Source: Deltaproteobacteria bacterium (GTDB lineage Bacteria > Desulfobacterota > Desulfobaccia > Desulfobaccales > 0-14-0-80-60-11). From it: a DNA stretch of 64,000 bases. The first letter of the stretch is position 1. The number at the start of each line of letters is the position of its first letter. Below the pieces are notes generated by a model. The model was not told where the DNA came from. It ran no database searches and saw only the letters and a program-made list of their open reading frames with translations. The position numbers and the translations under genes are program-made. Shown here in pieces: positions 27,363-38,108 of the stretch. Where the stretch lies: the NCBI GenBank assembly GCA_030018495.1, contig JASEFS010000018.1:7591-71590 (forward strand), read 5' to 3'.

Positions 27363-28571
27363 TTACCGGGCCTTCAGGTTCGGACTGGCGCAATTTTTCA
27401 AAAGGGGCTGATAGAGTTCAAAAGTCCGCCCCACCATCCGGGACAGGCTGAATCGCTCTTCCATCTGCCTAAGCTGGAGGGCGCTCAGGAGTCGGCGGTC
27501 TCTCGCGCCGCGCCGGCCGAGCAGTTCCTGTCGTGTTACTGAGATAAGTTCATCCAGGCGACCGGGAGGGACCAGGCGGGCGCAGATGCCGGGAATTTCC
27601 CGCAAGCCATAGCAATCAAAACCCACCACCGGCACCCCGGCGGCCACCGCCTCTATTACGGATCCGGGCACCCCTTCAAACGGCATGGAGGTCAGAAGGT
27701 ACAGGTCAAACAGAGCATAATAAGCAGCCGTCTCCCGTTGCCAACCGGTGAAGACCACGTGTTTCTGCAGACCCAGGGAAAACGCGGTTTTCAGCAATTT
27801 TTCTTTGTAGTCCTGTTCAGCCGGGGTCCTGGCATCCCCTACGATGATCAATTTGAGATGGGGGAACTGCTGCCTCAAGACATGCACCACCTGCAAGGCG
27901 AGATGATGTCCCTTCCAGGGGACCAACCGGGAGACATTGCCCAATATGAGGTCATCCGGAGCAAAGCCCGCGGCCTGCCGGCGCGCCAGCCGCTCCTGAT
28001 CGGAAAGGGCTGCCGCTTTGAAGAAGGGAGCAAGTTCTTTGCCGTAATAAACTACGCTGCCCCTGCCGTTGCAGACGCCTGCCCGCTGATAGGCCGCATG
28101 AAGTTCCCGGCCCACAAAGGCAAAACGGTCTGTGGCTTGTCCCGCTAATTTCTCTAAATTTTTATAAAGGGCATATTTGATTGCCGGCTGGGTAGGAGCA
28201 AAGCTGGCTCCATAGACGGAGTGGACGATGTTTTTCAGCCCCGCGGCTTTGGCCGCCAGCCGCCCCAGGACGCCGGCCTTGGCCAGATGCGTGTGCACCA
28301 GGTCGAAGCGGCGGCGCCGGAAAAACCGATAGAGCTCCCAGAAGGCCGCGGCGTCATGGAATGGATGCACATATTTGCGCAAGCTGTGGATTCGGGTGAC
28401 CCTAAACCCCTGGCGGCGCTTTTGAGCCAGCAGGTCCGGAGAGGAGTTCCGGCCCACGATCAGTTTCACCTGCCAGCCGCACCCTTGCTGATGATCGGCC
28501 AGCGCGGATATCCAGGCGGAGGTATTGGAGTCAAGAAATGTCGTGATTACATGGGCGATTTTTGGGGCCAT
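27363..28571 (-). CDS. glycosyltransferase, GT4 (group 1) family
   Basis: 402 aa. N-terminal sugar-binding-like half and C-terminal E-x7-E region (FEGVPGSVIEAVAAGVPVV). Confidence 0.8.
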   Translation of the reverse strand: MAPKIAHVITTFLDSNTSAWISALADHQQGCGWQVKLIVGRNSSPDLLAQKRRQGFRVTRIHSLRKYVHPFHDAAAFWELYRFFRRRRFDLVHTHLAKAGVLGRLAAKAAGLKNIVHSVYGASFAPTQPAIKYALYKNLEKLAGQATDRFAFVGRELHAAYQRAGVCNGRGSVVYYGKELAPFFKAAALSDQERLARRQAAGFAPDDLILGNVSRLVPWKGHHLALQVVHVLRQQFPHLKLIIVGDARTPAEQDYKEKLLKTAFSLGLQKHVVFTGWQRETAAYYALFDLYLLTSMPFEGVPGSVIEAVAAGVPVVGFDCYGLREIPGICARLVPPGRLDELISVTRQELLGRRGARDRRLLSALQLRQMEERFSLSRMVGRTFELYQPLLKNCASPNLKAR

Positions 28572-28586
28572 GAAGCCGTTACACCT

Positions 28587-30290
28587 TTATTCTGGATTAA
28601 CCAACGAACGCCATATGCCGCGGAGGAACCCCTCAGCTTCGGGGAGCTTGGCCGAGTCAGGGGCAGCCTTTGTCTTGGGACTTGGCGATTTTCCCGCGGC
28701 CCGGTGCAGAAGTTGACCGACCTGTAAGCGCAAGTTTTCCAATTCCTGCATGGGCACCTGAAATGAGCTGCTCTGAAAGTTATTGGTAATCGCCTCCAGT
28801 TTCTGTTCGATTTGCTCGGCCCTTTTTAGAGGCACCAAACCCTTCTCCTGGGCCTCCTTCAAGAGTCGGAAATATTGGTAATCCTGGAGCCCCCGCCGGA
28901 AGGAGGCCAATCGCAAAGTAGGCACGGGGAGACCGTTTAGGGGGTGGGGATAGTAGAATGTCCCTCGCCGCCAAAAATCCGCGTCCCCGGGCTCAGCGGT
29001 CCAGGGGTCGTGCGGCCAATAGTTGACGCCCCAAAGGAGATATCCGTTAAATTTATGGCGATATAGGATCCAGCCGATGAGGCGCTGGTGCACCGCAGGG
29101 TGATCGATGGCGTGGAGACGATTGGCGTACAGCCATTGTTCCTGCCCCCGGGACCGGGCAGACTGCGCCTGGGGCTCTTTATAATAAGAAGCCGGCGTAG
29201 CCCAGATATCGATTACCTCGACGAAAGCCGGATCGGGGTTCCAGCCGGCGCAAAGCGTCCTGATATCGGGGGCCAGCTGCTTGGCGGCGGCAAAAGCCTG
29301 CCGGGCCGCCGGGTAAAGGTCCGGGGAGGGTTCATCAATAAGATAATTGAGCGCCCGGTGCTGCCAGCCATAGCGTTTAAGATAATCCTGATATAGCGGG
29401 TAAAAAACCTGGGCCCGTTTGATGAAGCTGTCGCCGGGCTGGTTGATGGTCCGCCAGCCCCGCATTTTGGGGATCATAAAGAAGCGGTAGTTGAGATGGG
29501 CAAGGGCATACTGCAATAGGCTATGATAGGCGGTGAATTCCTCAATCTTCTGTCCCGGCTTGATTTCTTCGAAGGGAAAGGAATAAAAGCCCCCCAAGGT
29601 GTTTATCTTATATTGCCTCATGCTGCGGTAAAAACTCTTGATTACCTCCAGATAATTTTCAAAAGAATTGACGCCGTACTTAGCGTAAAAATCGGGAGGA
29701 TAATCCCAAAAACCTCCGAAAATGGCGATAGGCAGGTCATCCGGCAGGCTGAAGTTATAGACTTGGACTTTCACGGGCTGCCGGTAGCTATGAATTTGGT
29801 CGGAGGCATTCAGTTCGAAGGGAAAGGATCCCGCGGGAAAGTCAGGAGGAATATAAAGGGTCACCAAAATGTCAACGGCATCGCCGACCGCCAGCAGGCC
29901 CTGGTCCAGCGGCAGCAGGGCGTCGGCAGGAAATTTTCCCCGGCACGCGGGAGGAGCCCAATAAACCTGGGAAAAAGTGCAGGTGATTTTTGGGGACGCA
30001 GGCTTGGGTCTTTTCTCCGCCAAGCAGATTTTAAAAGTGGCCGGGTCCGCCGCTGGAAAGCGGCAATGCAGCAAGAGGTGTTCGTTTTTGGCCCCCGCCA
30101 ACGTCAGCCCCCGGTGGCGTTTAACTAAAAAGCCGTCCGGCTGCACATCAATTACGGGGTATTGCATGGACGCACCGATGGGATCGGCGCCGGATGCGGA
30201 GCCCGCCAGGGCAAAGGCAAAGACTGCCAGAAAAGCGGCCCTTTTTGCTGCATAGTGCCAACCGGGCCGGAAAATGGTGATAGGGCTCAT
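28587..30290 (-). CDS. secreted hypothetical protein, possibly glycoside-hydrolase-like (DUF4091-type; weak)
   Basis: Signal-peptide-like N-terminus (AAFLAVFAFALAGSASG) and a Trp/Tyr-rich C-terminal half (GYLLWGVNYWPHDPW). Family call is a recollection, not verified. Confidence 0.45.
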   Translation of the reverse strand: MSPITIFRPGWHYAAKRAAFLAVFAFALAGSASGADPIGASMQYPVIDVQPDGFLVKRHRGLTLAGAKNEHLLLHCRFPAADPATFKICLAEKRPKPASPKITCTFSQVYWAPPACRGKFPADALLPLDQGLLAVGDAVDILVTLYIPPDFPAGSFPFELNASDQIHSYRQPVKVQVYNFSLPDDLPIAIFGGFWDYPPDFYAKYGVNSFENYLEVIKSFYRSMRQYKINTLGGFYSFPFEEIKPGQKIEEFTAYHSLLQYALAHLNYRFFMIPKMRGWRTINQPGDSFIKRAQVFYPLYQDYLKRYGWQHRALNYLIDEPSPDLYPAARQAFAAAKQLAPDIRTLCAGWNPDPAFVEVIDIWATPASYYKEPQAQSARSRGQEQWLYANRLHAIDHPAVHQRLIGWILYRHKFNGYLLWGVNYWPHDPWTAEPGDADFWRRGTFYYPHPLNGLPVPTLRLASFRRGLQDYQYFRLLKEAQEKGLVPLKRAEQIEQKLEAITNNFQSSSFQVPMQELENLRLQVGQLLHRAAGKSPSPKTKAAPDSAKLPEAEGFLRGIWRSLVNPE

Positions 30291-30297
30291 TAGGCTC

Positions 30298-31599
30298 CTA
30301 CTTTCCTCCCTGAGGTTCCTGGCAGGGAACCGGGGCGGCAGATTGAGCTGCGGCCAGGCGCCTGGAAGGGTTCAGAAAAGCGTGCGCCGCGGCCGGCACC
30401 ATCAGGATGAAAAACATGGTGCGGTGGCGCATTGCCGCGCCGACGTTGCATTGGAGTAAACTGCTGGAGCCAAACCCCAGGACGACAAAGATGAGCAGCA
30501 GCAGGGCCAATTTGCGCCTGCGGCGGTACAGCTCCGGCATGCCTTTCAAGAAATAAAATGTCAGGAGAAGCAGCAGGGCGGAATCGATAAGACCCAGAGC
30601 CTGCTTGGGCGAGCGCACCTGCCAGGGGAGAGGGGAATACATGAAGTAGCAAGTGGCCAGAGGCAAAGTGAGAATAAGATCTTTAACTGAGCCATAGCGC
30701 AGTCCCGGCAGATAAGCGGAGTCGGCGTCCTCGGAGGATTCCAGGCGCAGATTGAGATTGTCGATGCTGGTGAACTGCAAGGCCCGGCGCGTCAGCTCAA
30801 ACCCGTTCAAACGGTCTTTATTCCAAACAATGGTAGAAAATGTCGCCAGGATGAGCACCGCCAGCAATATTGCTTTAAGCGGCTTAAAGACATTGAGAGA
30901 CCGAAAGAGCCCCCGGTTTTTTATGAGCAGGGAAACGCCCAGCGTCAGGCCGCAGAGCACCAACAACGGGGGGCGCAGGAGCGTGAGATAGACAACGCCA
31001 GCAATTCCTTTGATATAGGCGGCCTTTCCGCATTTGTGATCGGGACAATCGCTGAGGGCTTCCGCCAAGAGGCGAAAGAGGAGAGTAATGAAAAACGCGA
31101 TGGGCATATCCCGGTTCAGAGTGGTAGCGATGACCCAGCCATATGGATAGAGCGCCACCCACAGAACAGCCAGATTGGCCGCCTGACGGTGGTAACAGGC
31201 CAGGGTCAGGCGATGTACGTTATAAAGGACGCCCAGACCCAGTACCGTGCTGAAGAGTTGGCCTAATGGTTCGGAAGGGCCGAAAATGAAGTAGAGAAAT
31301 CCCAGGGGCACGGTATATGCCGAATAGGCATAAAAAATCCGGGGAAGATTGCCTGGAAAATCATGGCTCAGCTGCAAACTTATGGCCGTGGCCAGCGATT
31401 GGTAAAGCTTGGCATCGTAAGTGCCCAAATCCGTAGGCAGACACAGTTTGAGAATTATGAAAGTGAGGCAAAAGGAAAAATACAACAGTAAAATTTTGGC
31501 CAAAAGACTGCGGTTCTTCAGCAAATACCACAACAGGAAGGCCAGGATAACCGAAGCCCAGGCGATCAGCGGCAAAATCGAAGGCAGGTATGAACTCAT
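30298..31599 (-). CDS. polytopic membrane protein, polysaccharide polymerase/ligase-like
   Basis: 433 aa, at least 10 TM helices, embedded between glycosyltransferase genes. Confidence 0.5.
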   Translation of the reverse strand: MSSYLPSILPLIAWASVILAFLLWYLLKNRSLLAKILLLYFSFCLTFIILKLCLPTDLGTYDAKLYQSLATAISLQLSHDFPGNLPRIFYAYSAYTVPLGFLYFIFGPSEPLGQLFSTVLGLGVLYNVHRLTLACYHRQAANLAVLWVALYPYGWVIATTLNRDMPIAFFITLLFRLLAEALSDCPDHKCGKAAYIKGIAGVVYLTLLRPPLLVLCGLTLGVSLLIKNRGLFRSLNVFKPLKAILLAVLILATFSTIVWNKDRLNGFELTRRALQFTSIDNLNLRLESSEDADSAYLPGLRYGSVKDLILTLPLATCYFMYSPLPWQVRSPKQALGLIDSALLLLLTFYFLKGMPELYRRRRKLALLLLIFVVLGFGSSSLLQCNVGAAMRHRTMFFILMVPAAAHAFLNPSRRLAAAQSAAPVPCQEPQGGK

Positions 31600-31650
31600 G
31601 ACAATCCGTATGGTTTAATCAGCCAATTCAGGGCAAAGCCGCCGGGGTTC

Positions 31651-32811
31651 TCACAGTGCTTCAACGTACAGAGATTCATAGCGCCTGATGGTCTTCGTCA
31701 AACTGAATTCTTGCAGCAGACGCTGCCTGGCCGCGGCGCTCAAGGAGCGATACGCTTCCGGCTTCAAGTGCAGCAACTGCAGCATCCCCCGGGCCAACCG
31801 CTCGGGGCGACGGGGCGGCACAACTATGCCGGTTTGACCTAGAATGAAAGCCGCATCGCCCACGTCGGTAGCCACGCAGGGCACCCCACAGGCCATGGCC
31901 TCGCCGATGACGTTGGAGAATCCTTCTCCGAAAGCCGAAGAGGATACGAAAACATCCAGAGAGGCCATCACCCGGTGCATATCCGACCTCTCCCCCAAAA
32001 GAAAAACCTTGCCTGGATCAAGACCTGCTCCCTGCACCAGCTCTATAACCGGGGGATTATTCCGGTCCACACCAGGGCCCGCCGCCAGAAAATGAACCTC
32101 GGGAGCGCTCCGGTTGACCAATGCGGCGGCCCGGAAAAAAGTGCCGTAATCCTTCTGGGGATCGAAACGGGCCGCCATGCCCACCAAGCGCGTGTGTTCG
32201 GGAAGCCGCAGTTCCTTCCTGACGTCGGCATAAGCGGCCGGATCGGGCCGGAAAAGATCCCCGGCAAAGCCGTTGGGGATGGCCACCATTTTGCTCCGGT
32301 CGTAGCCCAGGCCGGCATGATGTTCGATGCCGGCATGGGAGTTCACCACTATTTTGTCTACAAAGCGCGAGACGCGGGCGCACAACCTTACGGTCAGGCC
32401 GGTGGTGCGGCGATAACAGGAGAAATCCATGCGGGATTGGCGAATATTCCAAAAAATGCGCGGCACGCGGGCGCATTTGCCGGCCAGAAAGCCCAACAGG
32501 TCCGCGTGATAAAGGTGGGTCTGAAGGAGGCGAGGCTTGAGCTGCCGCAAAAGGGCCGCCAGCTTCCCCAAACCAGCCGGATTGGGTTTGCCTTTGGCCA
32601 TTCCCAAAGTGAGCACCGGCACGCCCCTGGCCGTCAGCATATCTCCCACTACCCCCGGCTTGACCAGGGAAATAACCGTGGATTGGAAGCGCTTGGGGTT
32701 CAGCAGGCAAAGCAGCCTGTACAACTGCATCTGGGCCCCGCCCATATGGAGGCTGGTGATAAGGTGAACCACGGGTATCGGTGACTGAACTGGCACAAAA
32801 TATCCCGACAT
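31651..32811 (-). CDS. glycosyltransferase, GT4 (group 1) family
   Basis: 386 aa. HLITSLHMGGAQ N-terminus and the FGEGFSNVIGEAMACGVPCVATDVGD motif. Confidence 0.8.
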   Translation of the reverse strand: MSGYFVPVQSPIPVVHLITSLHMGGAQMQLYRLLCLLNPKRFQSTVISLVKPGVVGDMLTARGVPVLTLGMAKGKPNPAGLGKLAALLRQLKPRLLQTHLYHADLLGFLAGKCARVPRIFWNIRQSRMDFSCYRRTTGLTVRLCARVSRFVDKIVVNSHAGIEHHAGLGYDRSKMVAIPNGFAGDLFRPDPAAYADVRKELRLPEHTRLVGMAARFDPQKDYGTFFRAAALVNRSAPEVHFLAAGPGVDRNNPPVIELVQGAGLDPGKVFLLGERSDMHRVMASLDVFVSSSAFGEGFSNVIGEAMACGVPCVATDVGDAAFILGQTGIVVPPRRPERLARGMLQLLHLKPEAYRSLSAAARQRLLQEFSLTKTIRRYESLYVEAL

Positions 32812-33074
32812 ATTTTCTTCGGGGAAGGATTTGCCGTTCCTTGGCGGCTGAAGTCTCCCGAGATGTTGTGAAACAAATCGAAAAATTTTCTCAACAACTT
32901 TAGAAAAAAATTAAGAAGGTGCGAAACTCTTTGAAATTGATTACTTGCTCAAAAAGGGCAGGGGTTCTGAGGGCAGGGGACGCCTGCGCCGCCTGGCTTT
33001 TGCCGGCATTCCCAGCGGGAGCTGGGGGATGATAAGGAACTTTCGGAGCAGGCTGCCGGAGTGGAACGGCGAGG

Positions 33075-33110
33075 GCAAAAACAGGGCCCGGGAGCGGCTG
33101 CCGGGCCCTG
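33075..33110 (-). terminator. Rho-independent terminator after ftsZ (end of dcw cluster)
   Basis: Minus strand CAGGGCCCGG-CAGCCGCTC-CCGGGCCCTG followed by TTTTTG. Confidence 0.75.
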
Positions 33111-33127
33111 CTTGGCAATGACGCAGA

Positions 33128-34330
33128 CTAATCGGCTTTTCTTAAAAACGGCGGGGTGTCCAGTTCGCTCTCCTCGTATTGCAGGTCAGGATGCACCACA
33201 TATTTTTTGCCGCTTACCACTCCCAGGGCCGGAGACCGTTTTTCCGCGGCCTGGCTTTCCCCGGCTCTGGGCAGTTCTCCTTTTCTGAGTATGGTGGGTA
33301 TATCCAAATCCTCCATTTCAGGCGTTTCAGCGGCTGAAGGCTGCCAGGCGGCCATATCCCGTTCCATATCACCTTTCTTGCCTATGCCGGTGGCGATCAC
33401 CGTGACCCGAATCTCCTCGTTCAGGCTGTCGTCGTAGACCAGGCCCCATTTGATGAGGGCGTCGTCATGAGCCTCATCCTGGATGATACTGCAAATTTCC
33501 CGCAGTTCTTCCATGGAAAAATCCTGGGAGGAAGTGATGTTGATGAGGATGCCCCGGGCCCCCCGGATGGAGATGTCTTCCAGCAGGGGATGGGAGATGG
33601 CTTTCTGGGCCGCGTCCTGAGCTCTGGCATTGCCGCTGGCGATGCCGGTGCCCATGAGGGCCATGCCGCCTTCCCGCATGATGGTGCGCACGTCGGCGAA
33701 GTCCACTTTGACATAGCCGGGAACCATAATGAGGTCGGAAATGCCTCGCACGGCCGCGCCCAGCACTTCATTGGCCATGGAAAAGATATCGGTGGTGCGG
33801 GAGTTTTTGGCCCCCAGGCTGAACAGGCGGTCATTCGGTATGGTGATGATGGTGTCGGCCACCCGGCGCAGTTCCTCGATGCCCTTCTCCGCCAACCGGG
33901 TTTTCATTTTGCCCTCAAATTCAAAGGGCTTGCTGACCACCGCCACGGTCAAAGCCCCCACTTCCCGGCTGATTTCCGCCACAATGGGAGCGCCGCCGGT
34001 GCCGGTGCCGCCGCCCATGCCCGCGGCGATAAACACCATGTCGGCTCCCTGGAGGACCTGTTTGATCCGTTCCGCTTCCTCTTTGGTGGCTTCCCGGCCG
34101 ATTTCGGGATTGCCGCCGGCTCCCAAGCCCCGGGTGACCGTGGTGCCCAATTGAATTTTTACGGAGGCCAGGCTGCGCTCCAGGGACATGGCATCGGAAT
34201 TGGCGGCGATGAAGTCCACCCCCACCATGTTTGATTTGATCATGTCATTGATGGCGTTGCCGCCGGCGCCGCCGACGCCCAAGACTTTAATCTTGGCTGA
34301 CAATTCACTGGGGACCAATTGAATTTTCAT
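33128..34330 (-). CDS. ftsZ: cell division protein FtsZ
   Basis: GVGGAGGNAINDM, GMGGGTGTGGAPIVA tubulin signature; ATG at 34330 with a purine-rich SD. Confidence 0.95.
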   Translation of the reverse strand: MKIQLVPSELSAKIKVLGVGGAGGNAINDMIKSNMVGVDFIAANSDAMSLERSLASVKIQLGTTVTRGLGAGGNPEIGREATKEEAERIKQVLQGADMVFIAAGMGGGTGTGGAPIVAEISREVGALTVAVVSKPFEFEGKMKTRLAEKGIEELRRVADTIITIPNDRLFSLGAKNSRTTDIFSMANEVLGAAVRGISDLIMVPGYVKVDFADVRTIMREGGMALMGTGIASGNARAQDAAQKAISHPLLEDISIRGARGILINITSSQDFSMEELREICSIIQDEAHDDALIKWGLVYDDSLNEEIRVTVIATGIGKKGDMERDMAAWQPSAAETPEMEDLDIPTILRKGELPRAGESQAAEKRSPALGVVSGKKYVVHPDLQYEESELDTPPFLRKAD

Positions 34331-34353
34331 GGACAAACCCCCCTTAAGTGGAA

Positions 34354-35592
34354 TTACACCACTTCCTGAAACCAATTTTTCAAACGGCCCCAAAGGCCGA
34401 CCCTGGAGCCGCGCGTTTTCCTGCTTCGGGGTCGGCCGGGACCAGCTTCCTGCTGCATCCGGTAGCCATAAAGCACCAGACCCACTCCGGTGGCGTAAGC
34501 CGGATCATGGATCACATCCGTCAGGCCGCCGCTTACCTTGGGATACCCCAGGCGAGTGGGAAGATATAAAGTCTCATCCACAAGTTCGGCCAAACCGGCA
34601 ATTTGCGCCGAGCCGCCGGAGATCACCGCCCCGGCCAGCACCGGGTTGGCCGCCCCGGCTTTTTGAATCTCTTTGGAGATGAGGCCCAGCAGCTCGCTCA
34701 GGCGCAGGTGGATGATCTCCGCCAGTTCCCGGCGGGACATATTACGGGCTTTGCGTCCGCCCAGGCCGGGGATTTCGATGCTTTCCTCCAGCCCCAGCAG
34801 GGCGTTAAGACAGCAGCCGTAATCCTTCTTCAATTGTTCGGCATTCTGGAGGGAAGTTTGCAGGCCCACGGCGATATCATTGGTCAGGTTATTGCCGCCT
34901 ACCGGAATTACCGAACTGTAACGCAGCGAATTGCCGGCAAAAACAGCCAGGTCCGTGGTGCCGCCGCCCAAATCCACCAGGGCCACCCCCAGGGCTTTCT
35001 CTTCGTCGGTAAGCACCGCTTCGCCCGTGGCCAAACTCTGCAGAGCGATGCCGTTGACCTCAAGCCCGGCCCGGTTGGCGCATTTAACAATATTGTTCAG
35101 GGCATTCACCGCGGCCGTGACGATGTGGACCCGGCATTCCAGGCGGACGCCGTGAATGCCCACCGGGTCCCGAATGCCGTCCTGACCGTCTATCAAGAAA
35201 TCCTGCACCAGGGTATGAATGACTGAGCGGTCAGAGGGGATGGACACCATGAGCCTGGCGGAGTCGATGACCCGATCCACTTCAGCCGGGGTGACCTCCC
35301 GTTCCTTGATCACAATGACCCCATGGCTGTTTTGCCCCTGGATGTGGGCCCCGGCCACGCCGGTATAAACTGAGCGGATTTCACAACCCGCCATGGTTTC
35401 GGCTTCTTCCACCGCCTTCCTGATGGCTTTGACGGTGCTGTCGATGTTGACCACAACGCTTTTCCGCAAGCCTCCGCCGGTGGGCGCGGTGCCGACGCCG
35501 ACGACTTCCACCTGGTTGTCCCTAACTTCGCCCACCACGGCACACACCTTGGTGGTGCCGATATCAAGTCCGACAATCAATTCCTGGTTCAC
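34354..35592 (-). CDS. ftsA: cell division protein FtsA
   Basis: Actin-like ATPase motifs (VGLDIGTTKVCAVV, DLGGGTTDLAV); positioned between ftsQ and ftsZ. Confidence 0.95.
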   Translation of the reverse strand: MNQELIVGLDIGTTKVCAVVGEVRDNQVEVVGVGTAPTGGGLRKSVVVNIDSTVKAIRKAVEEAETMAGCEIRSVYTGVAGAHIQGQNSHGVIVIKEREVTPAEVDRVIDSARLMVSIPSDRSVIHTLVQDFLIDGQDGIRDPVGIHGVRLECRVHIVTAAVNALNNIVKCANRAGLEVNGIALQSLATGEAVLTDEEKALGVALVDLGGGTTDLAVFAGNSLRYSSVIPVGGNNLTNDIAVGLQTSLQNAEQLKKDYGCCLNALLGLEESIEIPGLGGRKARNMSRRELAEIIHLRLSELLGLISKEIQKAGAANPVLAGAVISGGSAQIAGLAELVDETLYLPTRLGYPKVSGGLTDVIHDPAYATGVGLVLYGYRMQQEAGPGRPRSRKTRGSRVGLWGRLKNWFQEVV

Positions 35593-36491
35593 TGAGCCCT
35601 TCCTACCGGTTCTCCGTGCAACTCCTTCATACTGAGGAGCACCCGCTGCGGATAATCCAAATTGATAAATTCCACCTGGGGCCCCTGCTGCCTCAAAGTC
35701 GGCCAGACCAAGGCAAACTTTTGCAGTTTTTCAGGCAGATCGTTAAGGCCCAAGTGAACCGCACTTTTCATGCCATTGGCATACAAGGTGAAGCCGCGTT
35801 CCTGATCCACATGAATTTCAGAAATATTGGATAAATTAAGGGGCGCCGGAGTATCCTTGAGAAGATCGATCAAGGCCATGGCTTTTTCGAATATCACCGG
35901 TGGAAATCCCTGTCCCTCTACAAACAGTTCCCGCTTCAATCCTGTGATAATCGGGAAATCATGGGGGTCTCCGGGGGACAAAGGCTTAAAAAGGCTACCC
36001 TTGCGGTCGGCATAATAGATTTCCCCCACCTGCACCAGGGCAACCGGTTTCCGCTCCTGAATCGCGAGATGCACCCGGTTGGGCCAGCGCCTGGTCAACT
36101 CCGCCTCGGCAATCCATGGATGGGCTCTCAGAGCCTGTTCCACACGGGCAGGCCGAAGGGCCAAAAGACTTACGCCGGGTCCCAAACCGGTCATTTGGAG
36201 CAATAGGGCGGGGTCGAGGCGGTCGGTCCCGGTTATTTCAATGTCCCCGATATTTTTAATGGAAAAGAAGTCGCTGGTCAAGAGTTGATAATACAGCGCC
36301 ACCAGACCCAGGCAGAGTCCTGTCAAGCTGATAAGGGCGATTTTGACCAGGAGGAGCTTCCCCCAGAAATTTTTCCTGTTTTTGCCGGAAACCTTTCTCT
36401 GACGGTAAGTGTTGCGGGTTTTCTTCCGACCGAAGAAAGTCTTCTTTTTTTTGACGGACCGCTGGGAGGCTAGGGGCGGGCTCCACGACAT
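35589..36491 (-). CDS. ftsQ: cell division protein FtsQ
   Basis: Basic N-terminus, single TM helix, POTRA-like segment; synteny. Confidence 0.8.
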   Translation of the reverse strand: MSWSPPLASQRSVKKKKTFFGRKKTRNTYRQRKVSGKNRKNFWGKLLLVKIALISLTGLCLGLVALYYQLLTSDFFSIKNIGDIEITGTDRLDPALLLQMTGLGPGVSLLALRPARVEQALRAHPWIAEAELTRRWPNRVHLAIQERKPVALVQVGEIYYADRKGSLFKPLSPGDPHDFPIITGLKRELFVEGQGFPPVIFEKAMALIDLLKDTPAPLNLSNISEIHVDQERGFTLYANGMKSAVHLGLNDLPEKLQKFALVWPTLRQQGPQVEFINLDYPQRVLLSMKELHGEPVGRAQ

Positions 36492-37915
36492 GACGGTGCT
36501 CCTGGTAAGGCATGGGTCAAAGGGGGATTGGCCTGTCCCGACAGGTGGGCCAGCAGGTCTTCTCCCAATCGCCAGATATCCCCGGCTCCCAAGGTGAGGA
36601 CCAAATCCCCGGGTTCCACTATGTCCAGCAGTGTTTTGAGAAGAGATTCCCGGTCCGGCGTAAAATGCGCGGCCTGATGGCCGGCCTGACGGACGCCTTC
36701 CAAGACGTCGCGTCCGGACAGGCCGGGCACCGCGTCTTCGCCGGCGCTGTAAATTTCAGTAATGCACACCAAGTGGGCCTGATGAAAAACCGGGAAGAAT
36801 TCCGGCAACAGGGCCTGAGTGCGGGTGTACCGGTGCGGCTGGAAGGCCACTATCAGGCGGCGCTCCGGGAAGGCCTGGGCCAAGGCGGCCAGAGTGGCCT
36901 CAATTTCAGCGGGGTGATGGCCGTAGTCGTCCATCACCATGATGTGGCGCACCTGGCCTTTCACCTGACAGCGCCGGTGAATTTGACCCAGATCGGCCAG
37001 CCCCTGCTGCCAGGCCGGGAAAGGCACCCCCAGGCTAAAGGCCGCGGCGCACGCGGCCAGGGAATTTAAAACGTAATGACGGCCGGCCAGAGGCAGCCGG
37101 ATTTCGCCCAGTTCTTTTCCCTGATGCTGCAGACGGTAGCGGCAGCCCAGCCCTTGCAGGCGGATGTCTGCGGCCCCGAAATCAGCGCCGGGCTTAAGAC
37201 TATAAGTGAGCAGGCGGTGAGGGAATGATTTCAGAAGTTGGGCCAAGTGCGGGTCGTCCCGCCAGGCCACCACCAGCGAGTGGGCGGGCAGCTTGGCCAG
37301 GTACGCCGCGAAAATCTCCTTGATGTGGTCCAAATCCCGGTAAAAATCCAGGTGTTCCCGGTCCAGATTGGTGATTACCGTGATTTCCGGGGTGAGGCAG
37401 GCAAAGGAGGCGTCGCTTTCGTCGGCTTCGGCCACGAAATATTCGCCCCGCCCCAACGCGGCATTGGACTCCAGGTTGGCCATCACCGCGCCCACCAGGA
37501 CGGTGGGGTCCAGACCGCCGGCCCGGAGGATGGCGGCTGCCATGGCCGTGGTGGAGGTCTTGCCGTGCGCCCCGGTGACTGCTATCTGGCGGTGACCGGC
37601 CATCAGGCGGGCCAGCATCTCCCCCCGGCGGAGCACCTCCCGGCCCTGGGCCCGGGCCGCGGCCAGCTCCGGATTGGTTTCCCTGACCGCGGTGGAATGC
37701 ACCACAACCTCGGCTTCGCCTATCTGCTCGGCCCGGTGCCCCTGGTAAACTGTAACGCCCAAGGTCTCCAGCCGCGCCGTGATGGCGTTGGCCGCCAGGT
37801 CGGAGCCGGAGACGCGATGCCCCTGGCGCACCAGCAATTCCGCCAAGCCGCTCATGCCGATGCCGCCGACGCCGATGAAGTGGTAAGATGGTTTTTTGGC
37901 CGAAGGATTATTCAT
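36470..37915 (-). CDS. murC: UDP-N-acetylmuramate--L-alanine ligase
   Basis: HFIGVGGIGMSGLAE, TGAHGKTSTTAM. Confidence 0.95.
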   Translation of the reverse strand: MNNPSAKKPSYHFIGVGGIGMSGLAELLVRQGHRVSGSDLAANAITARLETLGVTVYQGHRAEQIGEAEVVVHSTAVRETNPELAAARAQGREVLRRGEMLARLMAGHRQIAVTGAHGKTSTTAMAAAILRAGGLDPTVLVGAVMANLESNAALGRGEYFVAEADESDASFACLTPEITVITNLDREHLDFYRDLDHIKEIFAAYLAKLPAHSLVVAWRDDPHLAQLLKSFPHRLLTYSLKPGADFGAADIRLQGLGCRYRLQHQGKELGEIRLPLAGRHYVLNSLAACAAAFSLGVPFPAWQQGLADLGQIHRRCQVKGQVRHIMVMDDYGHHPAEIEATLAALAQAFPERRLIVAFQPHRYTRTQALLPEFFPVFHQAHLVCITEIYSAGEDAVPGLSGRDVLEGVRQAGHQAAHFTPDRESLLKTLLDIVEPGDLVLTLGAGDIWRLGEDLLAHLSGQANPPLTHALPGAPSCRGARP

Positions 37916-37982
37916 TAATAATAGGAAGCGCTTTTAAAACTTAAATAATTAGGCATGTTGTTTTAATTATTCGCTATTTATC

Positions 37983-38006
37983 GGCGGGCAATGCCCGCCC
38001 TACATA
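37983..38006. repeat. REP-like palindromic element copy 1
   Basis: GGCGGGCAATGCCCGCCCTACATA (hairpin GGCGGGCA/TGCCCGCC). Confidence 0.8.
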
Positions 38007-38084
38007 TGCCCGTCCCCAATATGCGCTGAGGGTGGCCTAGTGGTTCCTCCTCATAGGAAAATTCCTGAAGCTCCTTTTAAAGGC

Positions 38085-38108
38085 GGCGGGCAGTGCCCGC
38101 CCTACATA
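38085..38108. repeat. REP-like palindromic element copy 2
   Basis: GGCGGGCAGTGCCCGCCCTACATA, a direct repeat of copy 1 102 bp away. Confidence 0.8.

Noticed and set aside
33467-35226. Plus-strand ORFs 33467..34234 and 34603..35226
   Set aside because: They are antisense to ftsZ and ftsA.
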